Numbered from the whole stretch's first letter, positions 51,025-62,564 are shown. The stretch: DNA of 63,013 bases, filler included, from Octopus bimaculoides (GCF_001194135.2; 8 parts of 8 records of this genome joined end to end with filler, not necessarily neighbours in it); one strand, 5' to 3'. The notes: a model not told the origin generated them from the sequence alone. A program made the numbers and translations.

Positions 51025-51090
51025 CTGTATTAAACTGTATGAAATATCTTTGAGGCCAATTAACAAAGTTTTGTATCTGTATTTTCACAG

Positions 51091-51530
51091 GTAACATGGA
51101 ACTGGCAAATATACTTGAAAATTTTTATGGAGATGTGGAAGCTGTGGAGATGTATGTTGGAATGATTGCTGAGAAACGCCAACACAAATCATTGTTTGGA
51201 CAAACCATTATCGAAATGGGAGCCCCTTTCTCTGTGAAGGGTCTTATGTCGAATCCTATCTGTAGTCCCGGATGGTGGAAGCCGTCCACGTTTGGTGGTG
51301 ATGTAGGTTTCAACATTGTCAAGACACAAACTTTCAAGAAACTGTTTTGTCAAAACATGAAAGACGGTTGTGGATTGGTTAGTTTACGGATACCCGAATG
51401 GACGGAAGAATATGAAGAATCTCGGCGTAAAATTGAAAATGAAGCTATGTACAGGATGCCATCAACAAAGGAATCAACTTCAGAGAAGCCCCTAATGTCA
51501 AACAGTAAACCACAATCGAACGAATTATGA
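51091..51530 (+). CDS. PTGS: Last coding exon of cyclooxygenase / prostaglandin G/H synthase
   Basis: Acceptor attttcacAG at 51090. Translation (G)NMELANILENFYGDVEAVEMYVGMIAEK..FGQTIIEMGAPFSVKGLMSNPICSPGWWKPSTFGGDVGFNIVKT..SNEL* aligns to the vertebrate PTGS final exon, including the phase-1 intron before the Gly and the Ser530 motif GAPFS. Confidence 0.95.
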
Positions 51531-51673
51531 ATCACTACAGAATAAAAATTATTAGCCTCACTCCTGAATATACACCCAGACACATGTGTACATGTCACTG
51601 AAACTCATACACAAATACATACATCTGCACATATACACATTTTTGAAAAATTTAAAATTTTAAATACATAAGT

Positions 51674-51721
51674 GTTTCTTGGAAAATGGGTTTCTTGGAA
51701 AATGGGTTTCTTGGAAAATGA
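51674..51721. repeat. 16-bp unit x3 (gtttcttggaaaatgg), each containing TTCN3GAA
   Basis: Direct reading; TTCTTGGAA at 51676, 51692 and 51708. Confidence 0.9.
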
Positions 51722-52216
51722 TCATCAGACATGTTCACTGATTGTCAATATTTAAAGATTGACCATTTCCATTCACTAAATTTTTTCTAGCTGTAGTAAC
51801 AGTGACTACCCTGTGTCTGTATGTGTAAATGTGCATGCAAAACAGAATGATTGCGTCTATATGTGGTGTATGTGTATATATATATATGTATATATGTATA
51901 TGTGCATGTAAATGTATGTATATATACATATGTGCATACATACATATATGTGTGTGTGTGTGCATACACAAAATATCTGTGTGTGTGTGTGTGTGCACGT
52001 ATACATATATATGTGTGTGTGTGTGCGTATACATACATACATACATATATATATGTTCGAAAAAAGTTCATTTTATGTTTTCGTTTTCCGTTTCCCATTG
52101 TGTTTAATGTTTTTTTTTTTATGTCCTGTACCCATATATGCATGTATGTATACATATAGATGTAGGTACGTACATATATGTATGGATATATGCATATATC
52201 TATATATTTATATTAT

Positions 52217-52258
<42 letters not shown>

Positions 52259-52476
52259 ATTTATATATATATGTGTGTATTTATATATATATATATGTGT
52301 ATTTATATATATATATATATGTATTTATATATATATATATATGTATTTATATAATCAGGGACATATATTCCAGGTGTGCTGCACGCTCATCAAGAATGGC
52401 AAATTCATTATAAATACTAACCCTAAGATTCCGAGTTCGATTCCAAACAGTGACCTGAATAATAATAATAATAGTA

Positions 52477-52528
<52 letters not shown>

Positions 52529-53160
52529 TAAAATCGAGAAAAAAAAATCTGTACGTTTAAATTAATTTAAAATTCCTAAACTAAAATTAAGAAACTTTGG
52601 TTTACTTACAATTGAAAAAAGTTGGAGCAAAGTGGTTTATTGAACGATGAGCTTATCAAGCATTTTAGTCTCAAAGAAGAAGAATGGAACTTAAACCTAA
52701 GTAATTTAAATAAATAAAATTATTTGGGTTTTTTTATTTTTCTGTGTGCGTACCTAAGAAAATTATGGCTTATTTTAGAATGCTTACAATTCATAGAGTA
52801 TTATTAATTCAGTTTATTTAGAGTCATAAATTTATATTGCAATTAAATTAAGTTTACATTATTTACATTTTGGAGCCTGCATTTTGAATAGAAATACACA
52901 GATTATATGCCTAATTTGAGTATTACTAATGTTAGCCATAGTATGGTCAGTGTGGCAGCACATTCAATGACAACAACCACCATATGCCACTGATATATAA
53001 GTATATATATATATATAGAAATACAATATCAATATATTATAAATTAACTACCAACAAAAATAATTGGTAAGCTAACTCAAAAAATCATCACCAAAATAGC
53101 AGAAAAAAACGACAGTGAAAGTATGCAGACTCTTCAAGAATCGATCCTTTTGGTTATATT

Positions 53161-53487
53161 AATAATAATAAAGGAGTTACGACGCAAAAACGTTTAAATT
53201 CAAATGAACATATTTATCTTCTTCAATATATATTTCAGTATAAAGAATTCATTAAGAGAGACTTAAATCAAAATTTCTTTACAAAAAATTTTTTTGGCCA
53301 TGAACGGTTTGTGTTTTTAAACGGAATGTATTTTTTCTGATGTTATATTTATTCCTGAATGATGTGTAAAGAAATTTTGATTTAAGTCTCTCTTAATGAA
53401 TTCTTTATACTGAAATATATATTGAAGAAGATAAATATGTTCATTTGAATTTATACGTTTTTGCGTCGTAACTCCTTTATTATTATT
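53161..53487. repeat. Fold-back/MITE-like element: 123-bp inverted arms, 81-bp spacer
   Basis: 53161-53283 versus reverse complement of 53365-53487 shows 1 mismatch. Confidence 0.92.
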
Positions 53488-54324
53488 TATATATAGAAAT
53501 ATTAATATTTCTAAGTCTCTCTAAAGGAGACTACAGCAGCGATACTGGATATTAATAGTTATCGCCAAGCCAACATGGCAGTTCAAAAAATAGGATGAAT
53601 GCTGCCGTTGATTAGCTCCAAGAGGCCATTGCCTCTAGCTAGCTATGTGCTTCACGAATCTGTGTCCATTATAACCTTCGAACAGGGGAGGTCAGCCACT
53701 TCCCCTTGCTGGTCTGGCATCTACAGACTAGTATATATATATACAGAGAGAAAGAGAGAATTTAGTGTATATATTTATATGAAGCTGGTGGTGTGCTGAA
53801 TCACTTCTCAGAGTTTCTTGTTTCATGAGATCTTTCAAACAGCAACACCTGAAGATGTGTGACTGTTACAGATATGTATATAAATGAATATTTGTGTTTG
53901 TGTGTGTTTGTAAACATATACACATGTATATGTCCACATGAAATATAATCTATGAGCATGTATCTGATGCCATTGTAAAGCAGTAATGTGAAAATAGAAA
54001 TGGTCAAAGAAAACCTTGAGTGAATATTTGATACTTGATGAAATAAAATAAAAGTGAGAGGCAGTATGAAGTACTTATGATTCGTGCTTGACTGGTTTAG
54101 CAAACAAATAGAGAGTGAGCAAGAGAATCAAAATGAAAATGGGTTGAAGTAAGACAGCAGTTGGAGTAGTAGGTATTACTGACACAAAAGTACACATATA
54201 TAGCAATTTAGGTGATCCAAACAAGATAACATGTGTTATACCTCTTACATTATATATACCATGCTTTTAAGGATCACATCTTAAGTATATCTTCAAAATG
54301 ATCTTTGTGGGTGTTACAGGGGTG

Positions 54325-54655
54325 AGGGTTGAGGTGGTGAAGCATGATCTTTGAATGTGGGGTCTCATGGATGCATTAATATGTGACCGAGACCTTAGTG
54401 ATGTGCTCTCCTTGCGAAAACTTGTCGAGCCAAGTGAAACAATAGTCATGGCCATTGCAAGTGTCATGTAAATGGCACGTAAAAAGCACCCATTACACTC
54501 TCAGAGTGGTTGGCCTTAGGAAGGGCATCTAGCCATAGAAACCATGCCAAGCTAGACTGGAACCTGGTGCAGCTCTCTGGTTTTCCAGTTCCAGTCAAAT
54601 CGTCTAACCCATGCCGACATGGAAAGTGGACGTTAAATGATAATGATGGTGATGC
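54325..54655 (+). mobile_element. RTE LINE 3' end
   Basis: gaggtggtgaagcatgatct coding end and aaaaagcaccc..aggaagggcatc..gttaaatgataatgat tail, matching 56335-57010. Confidence 0.8.
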
Positions 54656-54818
54656 TGATATATATATTGATTTTTATGATATATTTATTTTCTAGAGAGT
54701 ATGAATTACATTCTTCATTATTGAATTGTTTAATAGTGGTTTTTCTCTAAATTATATACATATATATACACACATATATATATAGATATATATAAATAAA
54801 TATATATATATATGTTTT

Positions 54819-55036
54819 GAGCGGGACGGGATCGTTGCCAGTGCCCCTGGACTGGCTCATGTGAGGGCGACACATGAAATCTTTCGAGCGGGATCGTTGC
54901 CGGTGCCCCTGGGCAGGCTCTTGTGCGGGCGACACATGAGGTTTTTCGAGTGAGATCGTTGCCAGTGCCCCTGGACTGGCTCTTGTGCTGGTGACACATG
55001 AAATTTCTTCGAGTGAGATTGTTGCCGGTGCCCCTG
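54819..55036 (+). repeat. 62-63-bp GC-rich minisatellite (at least 3.5 units, cut by gap)
   Basis: gat(c/t)gttgcc recurs at 54830, 54892, 54954 and 55017. Confidence 0.9.
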
Positions 55037-55418
55037 NNNNNNNNNNNNNNNNNNNNNNNNNNNNNNNNNNNNNNNNNNNNNNNNNNNNNNNNNNNNNNNN
55101 NNNNNNNNNNNNNNNNNNNNNNNNNNNNNNNNNNNNNNNNNNNNNNNNNNNNNNNNNNNNNNNNNNNNNNNNNNNNNNNNNNNNNNNNNNNNNNNNNNNN
55201 NNNNNNNNNNNNNNNNNNNNNNNNNNNNNNNNNNNNNNNNNNNNNNNNNNNNNNNNNNNNNNNNNNNNNNNNNNNNNNNNNNNNNNNNNNNNNNNNNNNN
55301 NNNNNNNNNNNNNNNNNNNNNNNNNNNNNNNNNNNNNNNNNNNNNNNNNNNNNNNNNNNNNNNNNNNNNNNNNNNNNNNNNNNNNNNNNNNNNNNNNNNN
55401 NNNNNNNNNNNNNNNNNN

Positions 55419-55467
<49 letters not shown>

Positions 55468-56334
55468 GCAATAATAATGGGACCCCAAGGAGATGGAGTA
55501 TCCTATATTTTATAATATTTTATAATATGTATTAATCATTCTGGATGTTCCATCGAAATGTTCATAGGTCAATTTCATTATTATTATTATAATTATAATA
55601 ATAAAGTATTTTCAATGGATTAGTTTTGAGCTCTATTTAAAGTTGATATATATATATATACAAAAACTCAACTGTGAGTATTTTGCTAAGATTGTTAACA
55701 GATACTATATTCCTTTGCCAAATTTTTGGTGTAAAAAAATATTTAAACATATATATATATATATATATACACACATACATACATACATACATACATACTT
55801 AAGCACATTGACAGTGTGGTATTCTGTCTAATTGCTTTGGTATGAAAATTAACTAATCAAGAATGTGACAAAATAATTATAAATTATAATAATAATAATT
55901 ATTATTATTATTTATGTATCCTGATTTAATGTTGTTTGGCACAGGATTTCTCCTCTTCATTTGTTGATATTTTTCAGGCAGAGAAATAAAACAGAAATGA
56001 TATCATTATCAATTTAGGAATGAAATATAATTCTTCTTGAATGGTGATGCACCAGCATAGCTGCAGCGTCTGGCTGAAACCCGTAAAAGAATATGAAATG
56101 GGTTCTGTGTCCCAGAACCTTCAGTTTTCAACTGTCATTTATAATTTTTAAATGCTTGAATGTTACCAATGATTGTGAGAATGAATGTAAAAACTTCTTG
56201 TTGGTGTGTTACGCTACCATCATCTTCATCGCCATCACTATCACCATGATGATGATGATGTTCATTGTCATTGCATTGTTGTCCTCATATCATTGTCATC
56301 ATTATCATCATCACAACATATGGATTTGGACTTC

Positions 56335-57010
56335 TGTGTGAAGAAGTGTTGCACTCTAACGGTGGTGGGAACCTGTGGAAGAGTTAGAGCCAAGAAGACA
56401 TTGGATGAGGTGGTGAAGCATGATCTTCGAATGCTGGGCCTCACAGAGGCAATGACAAGTGACCGAGACCATTGGAGATATGCCGTGCTTGAGAAAACCC
56501 ATCAAGCCAAGTGAGATCGTAGTCGTGGCCGATGCCTGTCGCATAATTGGCCTGTTACATGCACCCTTCAGTTGTTGGGTGATATGCTGTGCTTGTGAAG
56601 ACCTGTTGAACCGAGTAAAATCATAGTCGTAGCCAATGCCTGTGCTGTCTGACTGGCACCCAAGCTGGTGGCTCGTAAAGAGCACCGTTTGAGTGTTGGA
56701 CCTTATGGAGGTAGTGACAGATGACCAAGATCTTTGGTGATATACTGTGCTTGTGTAGACCTGTGATGTCAAGTGAGACTGTAGTTGTGGCTGATGCCGG
56801 TGTCAGGTTAATGGCACACCCATGTCGGTGGCATATAAAAAACACCCACTACACTCTTGGAGTGGTTGGCGTTAGGAAGGGCTTCCAGTCATAGAAGCCT
56901 TACCAAATCAGATCAGAACCTGGTACAGCTCCTCGGCTTACCAGTTTTCAGTCAAACCATTCAACCCATGCCAGCATGGAAAGCAGACATTAAACAATGA
57001 GAATGATGAC
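56335..57010 (+). mobile_element. RTE LINE 3' coding end plus repetitive 3'UTR
   Basis: CVKKCCTLTVVGTCGRVRAKKTLDEVVKHDLRMLGLTEAMTSDRDHWRYAVLEKTHQAK*, then the conserved tail ending in (GAT)-type repeats. Confidence 0.85.
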
Positions 57011-57451
57011 GATGACATCATCATCATCATCATCATCATCAGTTATCCTAGCAGCATTGTCATCATCGTCACCTTTACTGTCATCTTCATCAACATCACC
57101 CCTTCCTTTGCTACAATACAGTAAGCTAGCTGTGTAAATGTAAAATTCTTCATAAGAATCATTGATTCCTCTCAGAAGCATTTCAAAGAGAACTTATCAC
57201 TGAAATTCTTGGCAGAGGTGACTGACCCCTATAGCAGCACCTTTATACATACTGTCCCCTAACCAATATGGTAGAGTCCAGAACATATTTGACAAATTAA
57301 TACAGATGCTCATTTATTGTGAAATTTATATTTTTATACGTTTTCATTCATGTCTTTTTTATATTTTGTATATTTGATGTAAGCCCTCCATATTTTGCAC
57401 TTTAACACACTAATGTTTCTTTATCTGTCACCTTGTGCCAAATAAAAGAAC

Positions 57452-57890
57452 TATTATTATTATTATTATTATTATTATTGTGTTTTTTTCTTCTTTCAAT
57501 TTTGTTACCATTTCTTGCCAAGTGTCTTCCCAACACTTAGGACAAAGAAACTCACTGCATGCATTAGCAGGCCATTAAAATAAAAGCATCAGATTTACAA
57601 AGTCATGTATGTGATACAAAAAGAAAAAGGAAGAAAGGTAAGAAAAGGAAAAAAAGTAGAAAAAAAGAAAAGATGAAAAAAGAAAAAACAGAAAAGGAAA
57701 ATGAAAAAAAAAAAATTCACAACGACAATTCTCTTCTCAATACCTGTGATGTACCAGTTAAAACAATCTTTTGCACTTCTTGCAGGTATGCTAATCCAGG
57801 AATCATTCTCAAATAATGTTCAGTTACTTTTTTGATCATTCCAAGTGCTCCTATAATCACTGGTATTGTAACCGCCTTGACATGACATAT
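57452..57890 (-). mobile_element. R4/Dong LINE 3' end, subfamily D, with (TAA)n tail
   Basis: Minus strand reads AVTIPVIIGALGMIKKVTEHYLRMIPGLAYLQEVQKIVLTGTSQVLRRELSL* (stop at 57717-57719); the UTR ends in (TAA)n at 57452-57479. Confidence 0.8.
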
Positions 57891-58099
57891 TTAAAAACAA
57901 ATTTCAATGAGCAAATCATTATATTTTATGAGATTATCATTCATTATTGTAAATATCATAAATAAAGTGTGTTTATTTTGGAATATCAGTTCAAGATCAG
58001 AGATACAAAACCACAACTTCCAGTTTTCAAATGAAATTCTTTCTCCATTAGAGTTATTTGTATACAACCAGTTACCTCAATCAGGTCTATTATTATTCA

Positions 58100-58313
58100 G
58101 GCAGTGAGCTACCAGAATTGTGAGCATGCTGGGCAAAATGCTTAGCGGCATTTCATCCATCCTTATGTTCTGAGTTCAAATTCCACCAAGGTCAACTTTG
58201 CCTTTCATCATTTCAGGGTCTATAAATTAAGTACCAGTTGAGTATTGGGGTCAATGTAATTGACTTAACCCCTCCTCCAAAATCTCAAGCCTTGCGCCTA
58301 TAATAGGAAGGAT
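58100..58313 (+). mobile_element. SINE family A
   Basis: ggcagtgagct..aaatgcttagcggc..gagttcaaattcc..aggaaggattatt. Confidence 0.85.
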
Positions 58314-59349
58314 TATTATCAATAATATTAATACGCTTAGTTCTGTTTGTTTTTGTGCGTACCTGTGGTGTGTGTCACACTTACTTCAAAGGAAGAAGTG
58401 AGTAGCAAAGCAAGAGAGAGAAGAACAGAGAAGAAGTAAGAGAGACAGAGAGTGAGAGAGAAAGAGACAGTGAGAGGTGACGGCGTTCGTTGTGTTTTTA
58501 AATGTTTCAGAGAGAGAGAAGAGAGTGAGAGTGAAAGAGAGGGAGAGTGAAAGAGACAGTGAGTGGTGACGGCATTCGATTTGTGTTTTTGAAATGTTTA
58601 TCACATCGCAAGAAAAGTAGATACATAGATCGAAAGAAAAGTTGATACATAGATACATACACACATTGTTAAATTAAAAACGGGAGAGAGAAGGGACAGA
58701 GGATTTCAACCTTTTTCGTAGTCCACATGGTAAACATCATATTTATGAATATATATATTTATATAAATAAGGATAAGATCGTTAAAAAAAATACCGATCA
58801 TATCAAGTGGCTAGCATGGGAATAAAATCCTCATAGGTAATAATTATTACTAAAATTATAATTAAGGGTATCTAAACGATCCCATCATGCTACATATAGC
58901 AGTCAAAACTTGATTCTAAAACCCACATCAAATATTCATACAGCACCAGAAGAGAAGACAAAGAGACAAAATAAACTAGCAAAAAATTATTGGATAATTC
59001 CAGATCCCGGATTTCTGGCTTTGCATATGAATTGCTTTGCCTCATCATTTATTAACGATCTTATTCTTATTTATATAAATTTATATATTTACTTTGTCAT
59101 TATATTCACTGCGGTGGTATTTTGACCATATCGCACAAGGAGTTTAGGCGGGCAATTTCAACTGGTCCTGTGCATACGTGCATATCTATGTGTGTATACG
59201 TAAGTATTCGTATGTTGTATGACACGTTTAAATAAAAGGAGTCCTCTGTTTTTCCATTCGTCACCATTTCTCCTTTTTGAGTTCGCACGGTCGTCCCTTA
59301 CAACGACAGTAGCGAACTTTAGTTTGTATCTGGACGGCCTCGGTCCCAG

Positions 59350-59510
59350 GGCATTTTTTGCATACCACCCTAATCTGTTTTCCTCTGCTTCAATACAATC
59401 CTGGCAACTGCTCAAACCCCTCCCACCCTTTCTTCTCGACAAGTACAGCCTTTCGGTATCACTCTTAGGGTGGAAGGCTCCGTGCACTGTCAATAATTTT
59501 TTTTCTGCAA
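59350..59510 (-). mobile_element. R4/Dong LINE internal fragment
   Basis: TVHGAFHPKSDTERLYLSRRKGGRGL, the conserved post-RT motif of R4-clade elements. Confidence 0.8.
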
Positions 59511-60288
59511 TGTTACTTGACAGTAACTTCTACATTAATAGAAGGATAGAAATTGGCTCAAAAATTCCAACCTAGCAGAAAGAACAAGATCCATCATGTT
59601 AGCAAATCGGTTCTGATTTCGAAAACAGGGCGATTGTAATGAGTACTAGAGAACAACAGTTCAAGGAAAGACATTATTACAGTAAAAGGACTCATGATTT
59701 ACAGAAAGTTCAAGAGAGAAATGATGCGCCTAAAAAGAGATGCGGGCTACGTGTTTAAAGCTTTTGACCTGGTACTAAACCAGAAAGTTCATCAAAACAA
59801 TGGCAACGGAAATGCTGATAGTTATTTACTGGATTTTTCGAATGCGCCAATGTAGTTTGTCTTATACAATCTACCATCTTATTATTATTATTATTTTAAA
59901 TATACATTGAAAAGCGTAGTCTAAGGTACATGACAAGATGATGACAAAAGAATTTTGACAAACACAACAGATGTTTGATTAACCGAAAGACGGATAATAA
60001 TAAAGTGAAATGAACCAGTGCGTGTGTCTACTATTGACGTAGTGGCCCTCCTAAAATACAGCAAAATCTGTTTCAATACATGAGTTCACATCAAGGATCT
60101 TGCAAACCAAATACAAAACCGAAATAATTGTCTTATCTTATACTTGTTTTAACCATCTGACGACTGTTTCTGATAGGACGCAATAGAGAAGGTACCCGAG
60201 GTCATTACCCCACCAACTTCCCAGAAACTGGACGGAATGGATGAATAAAGGAATATCATGGAATGATTATGTCTTGAATGCCTTCAAT

Positions 60289-60481
60289 GGTACTACTAAA
60301 GCAGCACGGTCCCGAACGCGCAGTCGCACTAGCTAGTCTTGAGTGGTCGATCCTAACCCTAACGCGCGTGTGCAAATGAATACGTGTTTAGGGTTAGGGT
60401 TAGGGTTAGGCTCGACCACTCACGACTAGCTAGCGCGGACGCGCGACTGCGCGTTCGGGACCGTGCTGCTTTAGTAGTAAC
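60289..60481. mobile_element. 193-bp palindromic Mutator-like MITE with internal telomere-like repeats
   Basis: 39-bp TIRs (38/39), exact 9-bp TSD gccttcaat at 60280-60288 and 60482-60490, inner inverted arms, cctaaccctaa on the left and (ttaggg)3ttagg on the right. Confidence 0.85.
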
Positions 60482-60884
60482 GCCTTCAATCAAATGTCTT
60501 TTAGAAAAAGAGCTAATTTTAGGTTATTCGGCAACAATGACAAGCGCAAAAACAACGGCAGCAACAATTACAACACCAACAAGACTAAAAACAAAGACAA
60601 CAACTGCATCATCAACAATGATACCAGCAATAACATCGACATCAACACTAAAAACAACAGATACGACAATGAGGAAAAGAAAAGGCAGAAAAAGGAAAAA
60701 CCTCAACAAATTTGTTAATAAATGAAACAACGCTTTTCGAAACAAATAGCGATCAGATCACGTGACAGCCCTCCCCCTCTAATTTCAAATATTCTTCAGC
60801 GGGAAGAACGCCACTAAAAGGACCGCCGTCTTGTTTTGTGGCAAGTATCTTCGTAATTTTTCTCCATTACTATTGTTATTATTA

Positions 60885-61277
60885 AGGCAGCGAGCTGGCA
60901 GAATCGTTAGCGGTATTTCGCCCGTCGCTGCGTTCCCAGTTCAAATTCTGTCGAGGTCGGCTTTGCCTTTCATTCTTTCAGAGTCTGGAATCGATGTAAT
61001 CGGTTCATCCCCCTCCTCCAAAACTGCTGCCCTTGGGACAAAATATGAAGCCATTATTAAGGCGTTGAGCTGGAAGAATCGTTAACACGTCGGGCAAAAT
61101 GCTTAGCGGTATTTCGTCTGTCTTTACGTTCTGAGTTTAAATTCCGCCGAGGTCGACTTTACCTTTCATCCTTTCAGGGTCGATAAGTTAAGCACCAGTT
61201 GCGTACTGGGGTCGATTTAATCGACTGGTCCTCTTCCCGAATATTTCTGGCCTTATGCCTGGAGTAGAAAGAATTAT
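60885..61277 (+). mobile_element. Two tandem SINE family A copies
   Basis: Heads ggcagcgagctggcagaatcg (60885) and ggcgttgagctggaagaatcg (about 61060), each preceded by attattaa. Confidence 0.85.
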
Positions 61278-61702
61278 TTTTATACACTAAAATGTTTTCA
61301 TTTAATTTGTGTCTTTCTTTATTCATTGCAGACGTTGTATAAACTTGTAATTGTGTGAAGTTAAGAAAACATAACATTGTTTATATGACTTAAATTAATA
61401 TCTAATTTCTATCTGTGTGTGTGTGTGTATATATACATANNNNNNNNNNNNNNNNNNNNNNNNNNNNNNNNNNNNNNNNNNNNTTAATTAATTAANNNNN
61501 NNNNNNNNNNNNNNNNNNNNNNNNNNNNNNNNNNNNNNNGAGCAGCCCTCGAACGTCTCCTCCCTATTAAAATTTTGTTAGTCTTGTTTACGCGCAAAAC
61601 CCTTACAATAACACACACACATTCTTTGTTTTGTCCTGTGCTGTCCATATTTTTTTCCTACTTTAAACCTTTGTGATCAATAAAGAAATTATTATTATTA
61701 TT

Positions 61703-61926
61703 AGGGCGGTGAGCTGGCAGGATCGTTAGGACACCGGGCGAAATGCTTAGCGATATTTCGGCCGCCGTTACGTTCTGAGTTCAAATTCCGCCGAGGTCAG
61801 GCTTTTCCTTTAATCCTTTCGGCGTCGATTAAATAAGTACCAGTTATGCACTGGGGTCCATGTAATCGACTTAATCCCTTTGTCTGACCCTGCTTCCCTC
61901 TATGTTTAGGCCTCTGTGAGCAAGAA
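61703..61926 (+). mobile_element. SINE family A (variant tail)
   Basis: gggcggtgagctggcagg..gagttcaaattccgccgagg; tail like the 11977 copy. Confidence 0.85.
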
Positions 61927-62058
61927 ATAATAATAATAATAATAATAATTATTATTATTATTGTTTTTTATATTAACAATAATGATTTCATTTATTTGCT
62001 ACAAGAGCAAATAATAATAATAATAATATTTAGAGTAAATATCATTACAGTCAATGCT

Positions 62059-62104
<46 letters not shown>

Positions 62105-62564
62105 CAGGTTTCATTTCAGTGACGTGTTTCTATAAGTTTTACCACCGTAGATCTCTTTCAGTTAATATTAAATGAAGCCGTGAATTGACTCTATAAAGGC
62201 AATTATGTGACTGTCATTATTTAACACGTTTTCATACGTTCTTTTCGGTATTCTCGTTGCTGCTGTTGTTGTTGTTCTGTTTGTTATTGTTGTTGTTGTT
62301 GCTGTCGTTGTTTTTATTGCTTCTGTTGGTTTTTGTTGTTGTCGCTGTCGAAATGTAACAACGATACAGCCCATTCAAGAATGTTTGAATGAAAGACGAA
62401 GAGAAAAAAAAAACACTGCTCCGAATCAAAAATTCCCACGTAATTCTTTAAATCTGAGCATAATGTCAATACCGAATAACACCAAGATAAGAATCCTTAG
62501 AATGGGGGGGAGCGGGGAGTATTGGTGGCACCGAGCAAAGGTCATTGAAGTTCATGTTAAGTTC

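Noticed and set aside
54819-55036. CRISPR-like array
   Set aside because: Units are contiguous with no unique spacers, there are no cas genes, and the context is eukaryotic.
3970-55515. Long ORFs made of X, poly-L/I/Y or YI/HT/CV repeats in the ORF track
   Set aside because: They are translations of N-gaps and microsatellites with no coding signal.
60352-60410. TTAGGG repeats as a relic chromosome end or fusion
   Set aside because: Only 2-4 units, and enclosed within a TIR/TSD-bounded element.
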